Under the pieces are notes generated by a model. It searched no databases and was not told the origin of the DNA. It saw only the letters and a program-made list of their open reading frames with translations. From an uncultured Acidimicrobiia bacterium (lineage in GTDB: Bacteria; Actinomycetota; Acidimicrobiia; Acidimicrobiales; AC-14), in assembly GCA_963836205.1 (NCBI GenBank), contig CAWIIV010000014.1:213342-277341 (forward strand): a stretch of 64,000 nucleotides of DNA. Direction: 5' to 3'. This document shows, piece by piece, positions 54,737 to 64,000 of the stretch (positions within the stretch are counted from its first letter, which is position 1; every line of letters begins with the position of its first letter). Position numbers and translations under genes: made by a program.

Positions 54737-54770
54737 ATTCGATCTGTCGGCAACCTTGTTGCTCGGACGT

Positions 54771-55438
54771 CTAGGCGCAGATCTGGTCGGGCCCGGTGGC
54801 GCTGGCCCCGCCGATGCGCCCGAGTGCCGTCCCCTCGCCTACCTGGGCGCCTGCGGCGGCGCCGTAGTGACAGCCGTACTGATGGAAGTTCACCCATTCG
54901 ACGTGGACATGGGGCCCGGTCCAGCAGCTGTCGTTGGGAACCATGCCGTCCGCCACGACACCGATCTGGGTGTCGGGACCGATGACCTGGCCGGGGCTCA
55001 CGCTGACCCCGCTGAGGTGACCCAGCACCAGGCTGCCGACGGTCTCGCCGTCCGTCGTGACATCCACCCGCACGGCACTGCCGCCGTCTGCGCTGCCGCA
55101 CGCGGCGAAGACCCCGTTCACCGTGAGTTGGAGAGCCCCTCCGAACCCGATACGCGGATGCACCGGGGTACCCCCGCCGGTTGCGATGTCGAGCGACACG
55201 TCGCCGACCGCCCCACCCCGCGGGGCTCGCTGTACACCCGGTGGTGGGTACCGGGGGCACTGCTGATGGAGCCGGACACCGGTGCCTGCACGTCGGCTGG
55301 GTTCCCGCTGGCGTCGGCCCTCTGCGCCAGCAGCGTGTGGTCTCCTCGTACCATCCCGACACCGATCGCCACCCCGATGACGAAAAGCAATGCCAACATC
55401 ATCCGGACGGCCCTGCTGTTGCTGAGCGGTTCACTCAT
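54771..55438 (-). CDS. secreted M23-like peptidase (frameshift ~55215)
   Basis: Signal/TM and THH in the first frame; SLDI, GHL, VSPGQ and WTGPHVH in the second frame. Confidence 0.6.
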
Positions 55439-55594
55439 GTCTTCCTCTCTTCTTGTCGAGTTCTCCCTTCCCGCAACGACCGGTCTTAAGCATCTTTCAT
55501 GTCTTTTCTTATCTTATTACTCCAATTGGCAGTGCTGGGACCCCTATTGGGACGCTTTCCTAGCCCCAGCGTTGCCCGGCGAAGGAGAGCGACA

Positions 55595-56452
55595 GTGGCC
55601 ACTGATTCAGACCCCGACCGGAACGTTGATGGCGCCGGCGCCCCGGACGACCCGCGGCGAGAGGCCACCGACCTGATCGAGGCCGCCATCACCGACGCCG
55701 GAGGGCTCGCCCAGCTCGCCCGGATCTCAGGGGTGTCGAAACACACGCTCGGGCGATATCGGAAGGGAGAGTTTCCGTGGGAGCGAAGGAATCATCAGCT
55801 CGACGCGCTCGATCGCCATCTGACGGACCGGGGCCTTGCCGGTGGCGAGGCGAGTGGTCCCAGCCTCCTCCAGTTGGTGGAGCGAGCCACACCCGCCAAC
55901 CGGCCCCGGCGGGGTGCCTCCCAATCCAAACGGGCGGATGCCTCCGGCCCGGGTGCCGGCCCGGTCTCCAGCGAGGTCTCAGCCGACGGCGCCGATCGGC
56001 GGCGGATTCGGTGGGCTGCGGTTCTCTGTGTGACCGTCATCGCGCTCGCCCGGCTTCTGGCCATCGTCATGACCCGTGACGATGGCGATGCACGTACGGC
56101 TCCGGTTCCCGCCTTCACCGCCCAGGTCGACGGAACCGGCCCCGGCGAGGATCCGACCGAGCCCATCACCGTCTGGGATCGTCCGGCGACCAACATCTGC
56201 TCGTCGGCGACTCCCGAATGCGACCCCGATGCCACAGGAGCCGGCGTTGTCCAGCCCGGTCAGCGCGTCGACACCCTGTGCGTCACCAAGGGCCAGGTCG
56301 TTCGAAATGGTCCGCCCGGGGAGCCGGGGTTCTACGACGACGACCGATGGGTGATGATCGACTCCGGCGGAGAGGAGGCATTCCTCAGCAACACCTGGTA
56401 CGCCCGGTCCGGACTCCCCCGCGACCTGCCGTCGTGTCCGCCTCGGAACTGA
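55595..56452 (+). CDS. membrane-spanning regulator: N-terminal XRE-like HTH, TM helix, extracellular SH3b-like Cys-containing domain
   Basis: RBS AAGGAG; GLAQLARISGVSKHTLGRYRKGE HTH; TM WAAVLCVTVIALA; CVTKGQVV...DDRW...FLSNTW. Confidence 0.68.
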   Translation: MATDSDPDRNVDGAGAPDDPRREATDLIEAAITDAGGLAQLARISGVSKHTLGRYRKGEFPWERRNHQLDALDRHLTDRGLAGGEASGPSLLQLVERATPANRPRRGASQSKRADASGPGAGPVSSEVSADGADRRRIRWAAVLCVTVIALARLLAIVMTRDDGDARTAPVPAFTAQVDGTGPGEDPTEPITVWDRPATNICSSATPECDPDATGAGVVQPGQRVDTLCVTKGQVVRNGPPGEPGFYDDDRWVMIDSGGEEAFLSNTWYARSGLPRDLPSCPPRN

Positions 56453-56507
56453 CCTCTCGGTCGCGCTCGCTCCGCCGGCCGTGGCTGGTCAGAACCGGCC
56501 GTGGCTA

Positions 56508-57446
56508 TCAGAAGTAGATGATCTTCTTGGCCTTCTCCACGACCTCGTCGATGGGGTCGGTCCAGGCGCCGGTCGACAGGTACTTCCAGCCGCCGTCGGC
56601 CAGGATCACCACGATCACACCCTCGGCGATCTGCGCCGCCGCCTTGGCCGCGCCGGCCATGGCCGCGCCGGCCGAGATCCCGCCGAAGATGCCGGCCTCG
56701 GCCGTGAGCCGGCGGGTCCACTCGATCGACTCCCGGGGTCGCACGATGATGCGCCGGTCGATGAAAGCGGCGTCGTAGACGGGCGGCACGAACCCGTCAT
56801 CGAGGTTGCGCAGCCCCTCCACCAGCTCCCCCGCCGGCGGCTCGACGGCCCACATCTCCACCGACGGCTTGTGCTCCCGGAAGTACCGTCCGGTGCCCAT
56901 GAGCGTGCCCGCGGTGCCCAGCCCCGCCACCACGTGGGTGACCTCGGGGCAGTCCCGCATGATCTCGGGGGCCGTGGTCTCGTAATGGGCCCGGGGGTTG
57001 GCCGGGTTGCCGTACTGGTACAGAAAGGCAACCGAGGGGTCGTCGGCCGCCAGCGACTGCGCCAGCCGCACCGCCCCGTTCGACCCCTGCGACCCGGGCG
57101 ACAGGACGATCGAGGCGCCGAAGATCTCAAGCAGCTGCCGGCGCTCGGGCGACACGTTCTCGGGCAGGACGATCTTCAGCGGGTAGCCCTTGAGCCGGCA
57201 CACCATGGCCAGCCCGATGCCGGTGTTCCCCGACGACGGCTCGAGGATGGTCTGGCCCGGCTTCAGGGTGCCGTCGGCCTCGGCCGCCTCCACCATGGCC
57301 TTGGCGATGCGGTCCTTCACCGACCCGCCCGGGTTCTGGCCCTCGAGCTTGGCCACGATGCGCACGCCCGGCTTGGGGCTGAGCTGGCTGACCTCCACCA
57401 GCGGCGTGTTGCCGATCAGGTCGAGGACCGACGGGTGGACCGGCAT
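56508..57446 (-). CDS. cysM: PLP-dependent cysteine synthase (CysO-dependent CysM type)
   Basis: IGNTPLV, NPGGSVKDR, SSGNTG, GLGTAGT, ADGGWKYLSTG. Confidence 0.92.
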   Translation of the reverse strand: MPVHPSVLDLIGNTPLVEVSQLSPKPGVRIVAKLEGQNPGGSVKDRIAKAMVEAAEADGTLKPGQTILEPSSGNTGIGLAMVCRLKGYPLKIVLPENVSPERRQLLEIFGASIVLSPGSQGSNGAVRLAQSLAADDPSVAFLYQYGNPANPRAHYETTAPEIMRDCPEVTHVVAGLGTAGTLMGTGRYFREHKPSVEMWAVEPPAGELVEGLRNLDDGFVPPVYDAAFIDRRIIVRPRESIEWTRRLTAEAGIFGGISAGAAMAGAAKAAAQIAEGVIVVILADGGWKYLSTGAWTDPIDEVVEKAKKIIYF

Positions 57447-57466
57447 TGTCGGAGCGGAGCGGGGCG

Positions 57467-57743
57467 TCAGCCCCCGGCGACGGCCGGCAGGATGCTGATG
57501 ACGTCGCTGTCCTCGACCGGCGCGCTCGAGGGCGCCGATGAAGCGCACGTCCTCGTCGTTGCGGTAGACGTTGACGAACTTGTGCAGCGTGCCCTCGGTG
57601 GTGACCACCTGGCCGCTGAGCAGCGGGAACTGGCGGACGATGTCGTCGAACACCTCGCCGACGGTGGAGCCGTTGGCCTTCACCGACGACTGGCCGCCGG
57701 CGTGCTGGCGGAGGACGGTGGGCAGGCGGACTTCGACGGGCAC
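57467..57743 (-). CDS. MoaD/ThiS-family sulfur carrier CysO (frameshift ~57525)
   Basis: VRLPTVLR...FVNVYRNDEDVRF, then ISILPAVAGG* in the shifted frame; lies between mec and cysM. Confidence 0.88.
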
Positions 57744-57787
57744 GACTCGGGCCTCCTGCGACTCTTCCTGACGGACAAAAACGAATC

Positions 57788-58195
57788 CTACGCGTCCTCG
57801 ACGACGACCTCTTCCTCGGTGATCTCCCCGTCGACGATCCGGTAGGAGCGGACCACCGGTGGGTCGTCCTTCAACGAGACGAGGACGTAGTGCCAGCCGG
57901 GGTCGGGCGCCTTGCCCACGTCGGTGGGCGACGGGTAGGCCTCGGTGTGGGTGTGGGAGTGGTAGACGCCGACGATCTCCCGGCCCTCGGCCTGGGACGC
58001 CCGGTCGGCCCGCAGGAAGTCGAGGGAGTTGAGGGTGTAGACGATGGGCGAGGCGTCGTCGTTGGCGCACGGGTGGACGGCCTCGACCACGTCGCCGTTG
58101 AGGGGCCCGGCCACCAGTCCGCAGGCCTCGTTGGGGAGGTCGCGGACGGCGTGGTCGATCATGGCCTGGCGGTGGGCGGCGGGAAGTCGGAGCAT
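57788..58195 (-). CDS. mec: JAB/M67 metallopeptidase (Mec, CysO-cysteine peptidase)
   Basis: PNEACGL and YHSHTHTEAYPSPTD JAMM motif. Confidence 0.9.
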   Translation of the reverse strand: MLRLPAAHRQAMIDHAVRDLPNEACGLVAGPLNGDVVEAVHPCANDDASPIVYTLNSLDFLRADRASQAEGREIVGVYHSHTHTEAYPSPTDVGKAPDPGWHYVLVSLKDDPPVVRSYRIVDGEITEEEVVVEDA

Positions 58196-58244
58196 GGTCC
58201 GTCGAGGCTATCTCCACCCTCTCCGGCGGTAGCCTCGGATCACG

Positions 58245-58766
58245 ATGTCACCCGCTGCCACACCCAAGGGACACAAGGTCGTGGCCAGCAACCGCCGGGC
58301 CCGGCACGACTACGAGATCCTCGACGTGGTCGAGGCCGGCATCGCCCTGGTGGGCACCGAGGTCAAGTCGCTGCGGGACGGGAAGATCCAGCTCAAGGAC
58401 TCCTACGCCCGCCTCGAGGGCAACGAGCTGTGGCTGGTCGGCGTGCACGTATCGCCCTACGAGCAGGCCGACGGCTTCGGCGGCCACGACCCCGAGCGGC
58501 CCCGCAAGCTCCTCCTCCACCGGGACGAGATCGACGAGCTGGGCGGGCGCACGCAACGGGAGGCGTTGTCGCTCGTCCCCCTGTCCGTCTACTTCAAGGA
58601 CGGGAAGGCCAAGGTGGAGCTGGCCCTGGCCCGGGGCCGCAAGTCGTACGACAAGCGGGCGGCCATGGCCGAGCGCGACGCCAACCGCGACATCGAGCGG
58701 GCGATGAACACCAGGGGGTCGGGCGAGCGGGAAGGTCGGGGAACCCGCGGGCGTTCGGCAGACTGA
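58245..58766 (+). CDS. smpB: SsrA-binding protein
   Basis: NRRARHDY, EAGIALVGTEVKSLR, RKLLLH, GRKSYDKR. Confidence 0.97.
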   Translation: MSPAATPKGHKVVASNRRARHDYEILDVVEAGIALVGTEVKSLRDGKIQLKDSYARLEGNELWLVGVHVSPYEQADGFGGHDPERPRKLLLHRDEIDELGGRTQREALSLVPLSVYFKDGKAKVELALARGRKSYDKRAAMAERDANRDIERAMNTRGSGEREGRGTRGRSAD

Positions 58767-58794
58767 GCGGTAGACTGACAGCCTGCAAGTCAAC

Positions 58795-59143
58795 GGGGGT
58801 GCATGGTTTCGACCTCGGGCGACGAAGTGGGAGAAGCGAGCCGTGGTCTCCGGAGCCACGTAAAAGAGCCGGAAAAAACAACAAACGCCAAGCCTCATCT
58901 GGCACTCGCTGCCTAACTAGCAGCGACGTTCTCCCGGTCTCAGCCCTGCGGACCGGAACCGGACGTCATCAAGCGGGGCTCACCCGATCGGACGTGTCAG
59001 CGGGCCGGTAGGGGAAATTCACGCTGACTGGGGCGGTCGCCGAGTGCCGGCGACGAGCGACCGCCCGAGACAAATCGTCGGCTGCGCTCGGAGAAGTCCC
59101 ATGGAGGGTCCGGGGGACGAGGGTTCGAATCCCTCCACCTCCA
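58795..59143 (+). ncRNA. ssrA: tmRNA
   Basis: 5' GGGGGTG...TTCGAC pairs with 3' CACCTCC-A (G3.U wobble); T-arm GGTTCGAATCC; tag ORF gcc...taa (58887-58916) reads (A)AKPHLALAA; follows smpB. Confidence 0.95.
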
Positions 59144-59261
59144 CTTGAAGGTACGTGACGGAGCTTCGTTCCACCGGACGCGCTCGCCCGCGAGGAACGG
59201 CGCCGCGCGGTAAGACCTGGCCGCCCGTCCACCGCAACCATCGCCCTGGTACGATGAAAGT

Positions 59262-59507
59262 ATGACCGTAACCAAGGTGACCGTGAGCTTGGAACCCGAG
59301 GTCGCAGACCGAGCCAGGCGCGACGTTGCCGCCGGCAAGGCCAAGTCCCTGAGCTCGTGGATCAACGAAGCAGCCAAGGCCCGGATCGAACGCGAGGAGC
59401 TGGAAGTCGTCCTCGCCGAGCTCCTCTCTGAGACAGGCGGTCCACTCACCGAGGCGGAGCTAGCTGAAGCGACGACGCGCCTCGCGGGCGGCAACGGTCC
59501 AGAGTGA
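59262..59507 (+). CDS. antitoxin (ribbon-helix-helix-like)
   Basis: KVTVSL...SLSSWINEA pattern; overlaps the PIN toxin start (GTGA). Confidence 0.8.
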   Translation: MTVTKVTVSLEPEVADRARRDVAAGKAKSLSSWINEAAKARIEREELEVVLAELLSETGGPLTEAELAEATTRLAGGNGPE

Positions 59508-59878
59508 CGCTCGTCCTTGATGCGGGGGCGTTGATCGCCGTGGAACGAGGCGACCGACGCACGTTGACGGTGATCGAAACCGCTCGTCGACAGGGCCGCA
59601 CCTTCGTTGTACCGGCAGGCGTTCTCGCCCAGGTGTGGAGAGGTGGGCCGCGCCAGGCTCGTCTCGGCCGGTTTCTCGCGGCCCGAGGCGTCGAGGTCGA
59701 AGTACTCACGGAGATCGGAGCGAAGGCAGCCGGGTTGGTGTGCGGCCAGGCCGGAGCGAGCGATGTCGTGGATGCCTCGGTGGTGGTAAGCGCACGGCGC
59801 CACCACGCGACCGTCCTGAGTTCGGATCGTGCGGATCTCGAAGCCATTGATCCGGGCGTCGCCGTCGTGGATTGCTGA
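59504..59878 (+). CDS. PIN-domain toxin (VapC-like)
   Basis: LVLDAGALIA, VLAQVWR, DVVDASVV, SSDRADL. Confidence 0.87.
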   Translation: MTLVLDAGALIAVERGDRRTLTVIETARRQGRTFVVPAGVLAQVWRGGPRQARLGRFLAARGVEVEVLTEIGAKAAGLVCGQAGASDVVDASVVVSARRHHATVLSSDRADLEAIDPGVAVVDC

Positions 59879-59910
59879 TCAGCGGGGTGGTCCCACCTTC
59901 CGAGGACGGT

Positions 59911-60718
59911 ATGCGCGAGGTCGCCGAGCTCTGGTCGGCCGAGACCGCCGACGAACTTCACCGCATCCTCGCCCTGCACCCGCCGATACGTCGGCGCCGA
60001 CGCCTACGAGCCGTTCGACCTCTTGACGAAGCACCACGACACCGAGCCCGGCACTTCGGCCGACCGGCGTTCGCGTGGCGGCGTCGGGAATCTTGTCCGT
60101 CGGATCGCAGGATCCGGCATGCTGGACGAGGAGCAACTCGACATCTTGGCCCGAACGTTCCTCGCCGCCGACGACGCGGTCTACTGGCGGGTCCCCGACG
60201 ACTGGTTAGGCGATGCAGTCATCTCAATCGACCTTGGTGACGATCCGACAGCGGAATGGCAGGAGTCTGTGGCGGAGGGGCCCGTCGTTGTCCGCCGCGG
60301 CGTCGTTCCGCCGCTGCGCAGGTGGGCGGCCTCACGTGTCGTGGCGCGCGATCCGACGGCATGGGGTCCACTCCTGACCCGGGCCCGAACGCTCGATGCC
60401 CGTAGTGGAGCCGCTGTCGCGGCGGGAATCCTGGACGCTGTCCACAATCTCAAGCCGCAGGTCCAAGAGCTGCTGATCAGGGAGGCGACCCGATGGCCAC
60501 ACCAGTCGGTTCGCCGCCATGGCCTCGCCCTGATGGCGCAGCGGGAGGGTCCGGAGGCTGCCTACGCGCTCGCGACGGGTGATCCGAACGCTGCCATACG
60601 GGCGTGGGCCGACTCCCTGATGAACCCGCGGCCGAGCGACGATCGTCCCGCTGTGGTCGGTGGCGCCCACCAGCCTGCGGAAACGAAGGACGTCGCCGAC
60701 CCACCGACCCTGTTCTGA
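59911..60718 (+). CDS. hypothetical helical protein (apparent frameshift ~59980; possibly degraded)
   Basis: 231-aa ORF 60023-60718 with a HEAT-like C-terminus (DPNAAIR); a plausible N-terminus MREVAELW lies in another frame. Confidence 0.5.
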
Positions 60719-60730
60719 AGGTGCAAGCAG

Positions 60731-63700
60731 TCAGCCCCCGAGCGCCTTGGAGCTCCAGCGGCTCAGGATGTACTTCTCTCGTTGGACGGCGTCGAGGGCT
60801 TTCGTGCCGTTGGCGACTCGGACGAAGAACTCGGTGCGGGTCTCCTTGGGGCCGTCGGGCTTCTGGTAGATGACCTTGGCGTCGACCGGGAAGCCGCACG
60901 GGTCGACCTGCACCCGGCAGACGTCGTGGCCGTCGACGTGGTGGACGTAGGGCCGGACGTTCGTGGCCGCGGCGTCGCCCACGGCGGTCGAGATGATGTT
61001 GGCGAGGTGCTGTTGGAACCAGTCCCTCGGGTCGTGGTCGGCCTTGGACCGGCTGGCGTAGTCGGCCTCCAGGCCGTGGATCGAGCCGTCGTCGGCCACG
61101 CCGATGAGCAGCGTGCCACCCACCCGCGAGTTCAGGAAGGCGGCGATCGTCTTGAGCGACGCCGTCTCCAGGGGCTTGAACGTCTCGCCCGTGGCCGCGT
61201 GGGTGCGGAGGCTGGCCTTGTACTCCAGGTGGGTCGACTCCTTGTCGGGCCCGAGGAGGTCGACGAGGTTGCAGTGCTCCTGGTGGAGGACCGCTCCCCT
61301 GCCCTGGACGAACGGCCGGTAGGCGGCGAGGATCTCAGCCTGCATGGCTGGGCTGTCGATGTAGGACAGCGCCAGGTCCTCGGCGACGCCGAGTTGTTCG
61401 AGCACACCGGACAGAAACTCCGTGGCCAGCAGGAGCCCGAAGTTCTCCGGCGAGTTCACCGCCGCCGCCCGCTGGATGTCGGCCCGCTGCGTGAGCTTGT
61501 CGGCGATGGCGCCGTAGAAGGCCACCGCGTCTTCGGCGGCGAAGGTCGTGCCGAACCGTTCGTTGAGCCGCTGGATGATCTGCGACAGCGGTTCGGCCTC
61601 GGGCTCGTGCAGCTTGCCGCTCCCGAAGATGGTCGTGACCACGCCCTCCGTGGCGGTCAGGGTGACCGACCCCTCGAAGGTCTGCTCGATCTTGAGGTGG
61701 GTCAGCTCCACCTCGGGGTGGACGGCTTCGCTGCCTCCGGTGTGGAGGAAGGCGGCGAGGGCCTTGCAGAACAGGTAGTCCCGCTCGAGCTTGGTGTCGG
61801 TAAAGGTGACGACCTGCGACAGGAAGGCGTAGGTACGGAGGAAGCGCTTGAGGACGTCGAGGAACCGGTCCTGCTCGTCCGTGGCCAGATCGGCGAACCG
61901 GTCGATGGCCGGCGCCAATGCAGCGTGGACCCGGTCGTGGGCCACCTTGCCCTTGGCCAGCAGCAACGCGACCGCTCGCTCGATCTCGTCCGGCCAGAGC
62001 ACACCGAAGGGGTCGAGGTCGTGCCGGGTGTCGTACAACAGGTTCGGGTCGGTCGGCGGGGCGACGGTGGCCCCGTACCAGGGCTCGAACGACTCGCGGA
62101 TGTCCTCGGCCTCGTTGCGGAAGTCAAGGATGAACGTGCCGTCCTTGCGGATGCCGGCGCGGTCGTAGGTGCGGTTGAGCCGGGACAGGGTCTGCACCGC
62201 GGCCAGCCCGGTGAGTGGCTTGTCCACGTACATGGCGTAGAGCTTCGGCTGGTCGAAACCCGTCTGGTACTTCTCGGCCACCACCAGCAGGTGCCACTGG
62301 TCGGTGTCGAACTGGTCCGCCGTCTGGGTGTCGGGAAACCCGTTCATCGACGACTCGGTGACGTCCTCACCATCGAGTTCGAGCTTGCCGGAGAAGGCGA
62401 CGAGGACGGCGACATCGAGGTACCCCTTGTCGTTGATGTACTTGTCGAGCGCCAGCTTGTAGCGGGCCGCATGCTCGCGGGAGGCGGTGACGACCATGGC
62501 CTTGGCCTTCCCGCCGATCTTGTGGCGCACCTTGGCCCGGTAGTGCTCGACGATCACCTCCGCCTTCTGGGCCAGCTGGTGGGGGTGGAGCGACACGAAC
62601 CGGGCGATGGCCGCCTTGGCCTTGCCCGGGTCGTACGACGGGTCGTCGGGAGTTGCCCGCTCGATCTCCCAGTAGGTCCGGTAGGTCACGTAGTTGGCCA
62701 AGACGTCGAGGATGAAGCCCTCCTCGATCGCCTGGCGCATCGAGTAGAGGTGGAAGGGCACGTGGCGGTCGGTGGCGGAGTCGTAGCGCCCGAACAGCTC
62801 GAGGGTGCGGGCCTTCGGCGTGGCGGTGAAGGCGAAGAACGACAGGTTCGGCTGCCTGCCTCGCACCGCCACCGCCTCGGCCAGCGCGTCCTCCGCCGGG
62901 TCGGCCGGCTCGTCCGTCTCGGGCCCGGGCGACTTGTTGCCGAGCACCGCCTTGAGCGCGGTGGCTGAATCACCGGTCTGGGACGAGTGGGCCTCGTCCA
63001 CGATCACCGCGTAGGTCCGGTTGGGGAGGCTCTCGATCTTCTCGGTGACGAACGGGAACTTCTGGAGCGTGGTGATGACGATGCGGGCCTGCTCGCCCGC
63101 CAGCGCGTCGGCCAGCTGCTGGGAGTTCTGGTCGATGCGCACCACGACGCCCTGGGCGTGCTCGAACTGGTAGATCGTCTCCTGCAGCTGCTTGTCGAGG
63201 ATGCGGCGGTCGGTGATCACCACCACCTTGTCGAACACCTTGTTGTCAGCCTCGTCATGGAGCGAGGAGAGGCGGTGGGCCAGCCACGCCAACGTGTTCG
63301 ACTTCCCGGAACCGGCCGAATGCTGCACCAGGTAGTCGTGCCCGGCGCCCTGCTCGCGAGCGGCGGCGGTGAGGGCGAGGACGGCGTCCCACTGGTGGAA
63401 CCGGGGGAAGATCACCGCCGCCGGTGCCTTCGACCCCTTCGGGACCGGCTCGACGTGCACGAACCGGTTGAGCAGGTCGAGCCAGGCGTCGCGCTGCCAC
63501 ACCCGCTCCCACAGGTAGGCGGTGCGGTGCCCGTCCGGGTTCGGGGGGTTCCCGCCGCCGAGGCTGGTGGCCCCGGTTGAAGGGAAGGAAGCGGGTCGCC
63601 TTGCCCGCCAGCCGGGTGGTCATCGCCACCCGCTCGGTGTCGACCGCGAAGTGGACGACCGCCCGCCGCAGCAGCGGGTTCGCGGGGTCGCGATAGCTCC

Positions 63701-64000
63701 GGTACTGCTCGATCGCCTCGTCGATGCCCTGCCCGGTGATGGCGTTCTTCAGCTCGGCCGTCGCCACAGGGACGCCGTTGACGAACAGGCACAGGTCCAA
63801 CGTCTTGGTCGAGCCGGCTTCGTACGGGAGCTGCCGGGTCACGGTCAGCCGGTTCTTGCCGTAGCGCTCCAGCAGCGCCGGTGTGAGCCCGGACGCCGGC
63901 CGGAAGAACGCCAGCCGGATGGTCACGCCCAGGTCGACGACCCCGTGGCGGATGACGTCGACCGTCCCACGGGCATCCAGCTCCTTGGCCAGCCGGTCGG
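60731..64000 (-). CDS. hsdR: type I restriction enzyme R subunit with C-terminal Schlafen/AlbA_2 domain (5' end outside window; frameshift ~63562)
   Basis: Nuclease motif DLCLFVNGVPVATAELKN; QHSAGSGKS, DEAH, FTATPK, QTGFD, QTLSRLNR; C-terminal ESTHLEYK...IAAFLNS..GGTLLIGVADDG. Confidence 0.9.

Noticed and set aside
56508-58217. CysO-CysM fusion (569-aa ORF)
   Set aside because: The CysO C-terminal AVAGG-stop lies in a shifted frame and cysM has its own ATG at 57446.
59115-59143. Separate tRNA gene
   Set aside because: The GGTTCGAATCC arm is the tRNA-like 3' end of tmRNA.

Overview
High-GC actinobacterial chromosomal DNA. Gene content and order suggest Acidimicrobiia (inference). Most of the window is core genome: aroE(partial)-mltG-ruvX-alaS-rarA-ccdA; an FtsH paralogue; a class II ribonucleotide reductase nrdJ with two LAGLIDADG inteins plus nrdR, lysM and lexA with their operators; dapE/dapD/dapC/hflX/dapF/miaA/miaB; deaD-rdgB-rph; cysM-cysO-mec; smpB-ssrA. 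Accessory parts are a DUF222/HNH gene with DNA-damage promoter motifs and a 46-bp tandem array, a 53.4-56.5 kb cluster (small Cys-containing secreted proteins, an M23-like peptidase and an HTH-TM-extracellular regulator), and a defence-type region after tmRNA. That region holds a VapBC-type toxin-antitoxin pair and a type I HsdR fused to a C-terminal Schlafen/AlbA_2 domain with intact-looking catalytic residues, which is the top candidate. About 11 small-indel frameshifts, several in housekeeping genes, most likely reflect sequencing or assembly error. All calls come from motif recognition by eye; no database searches were run.
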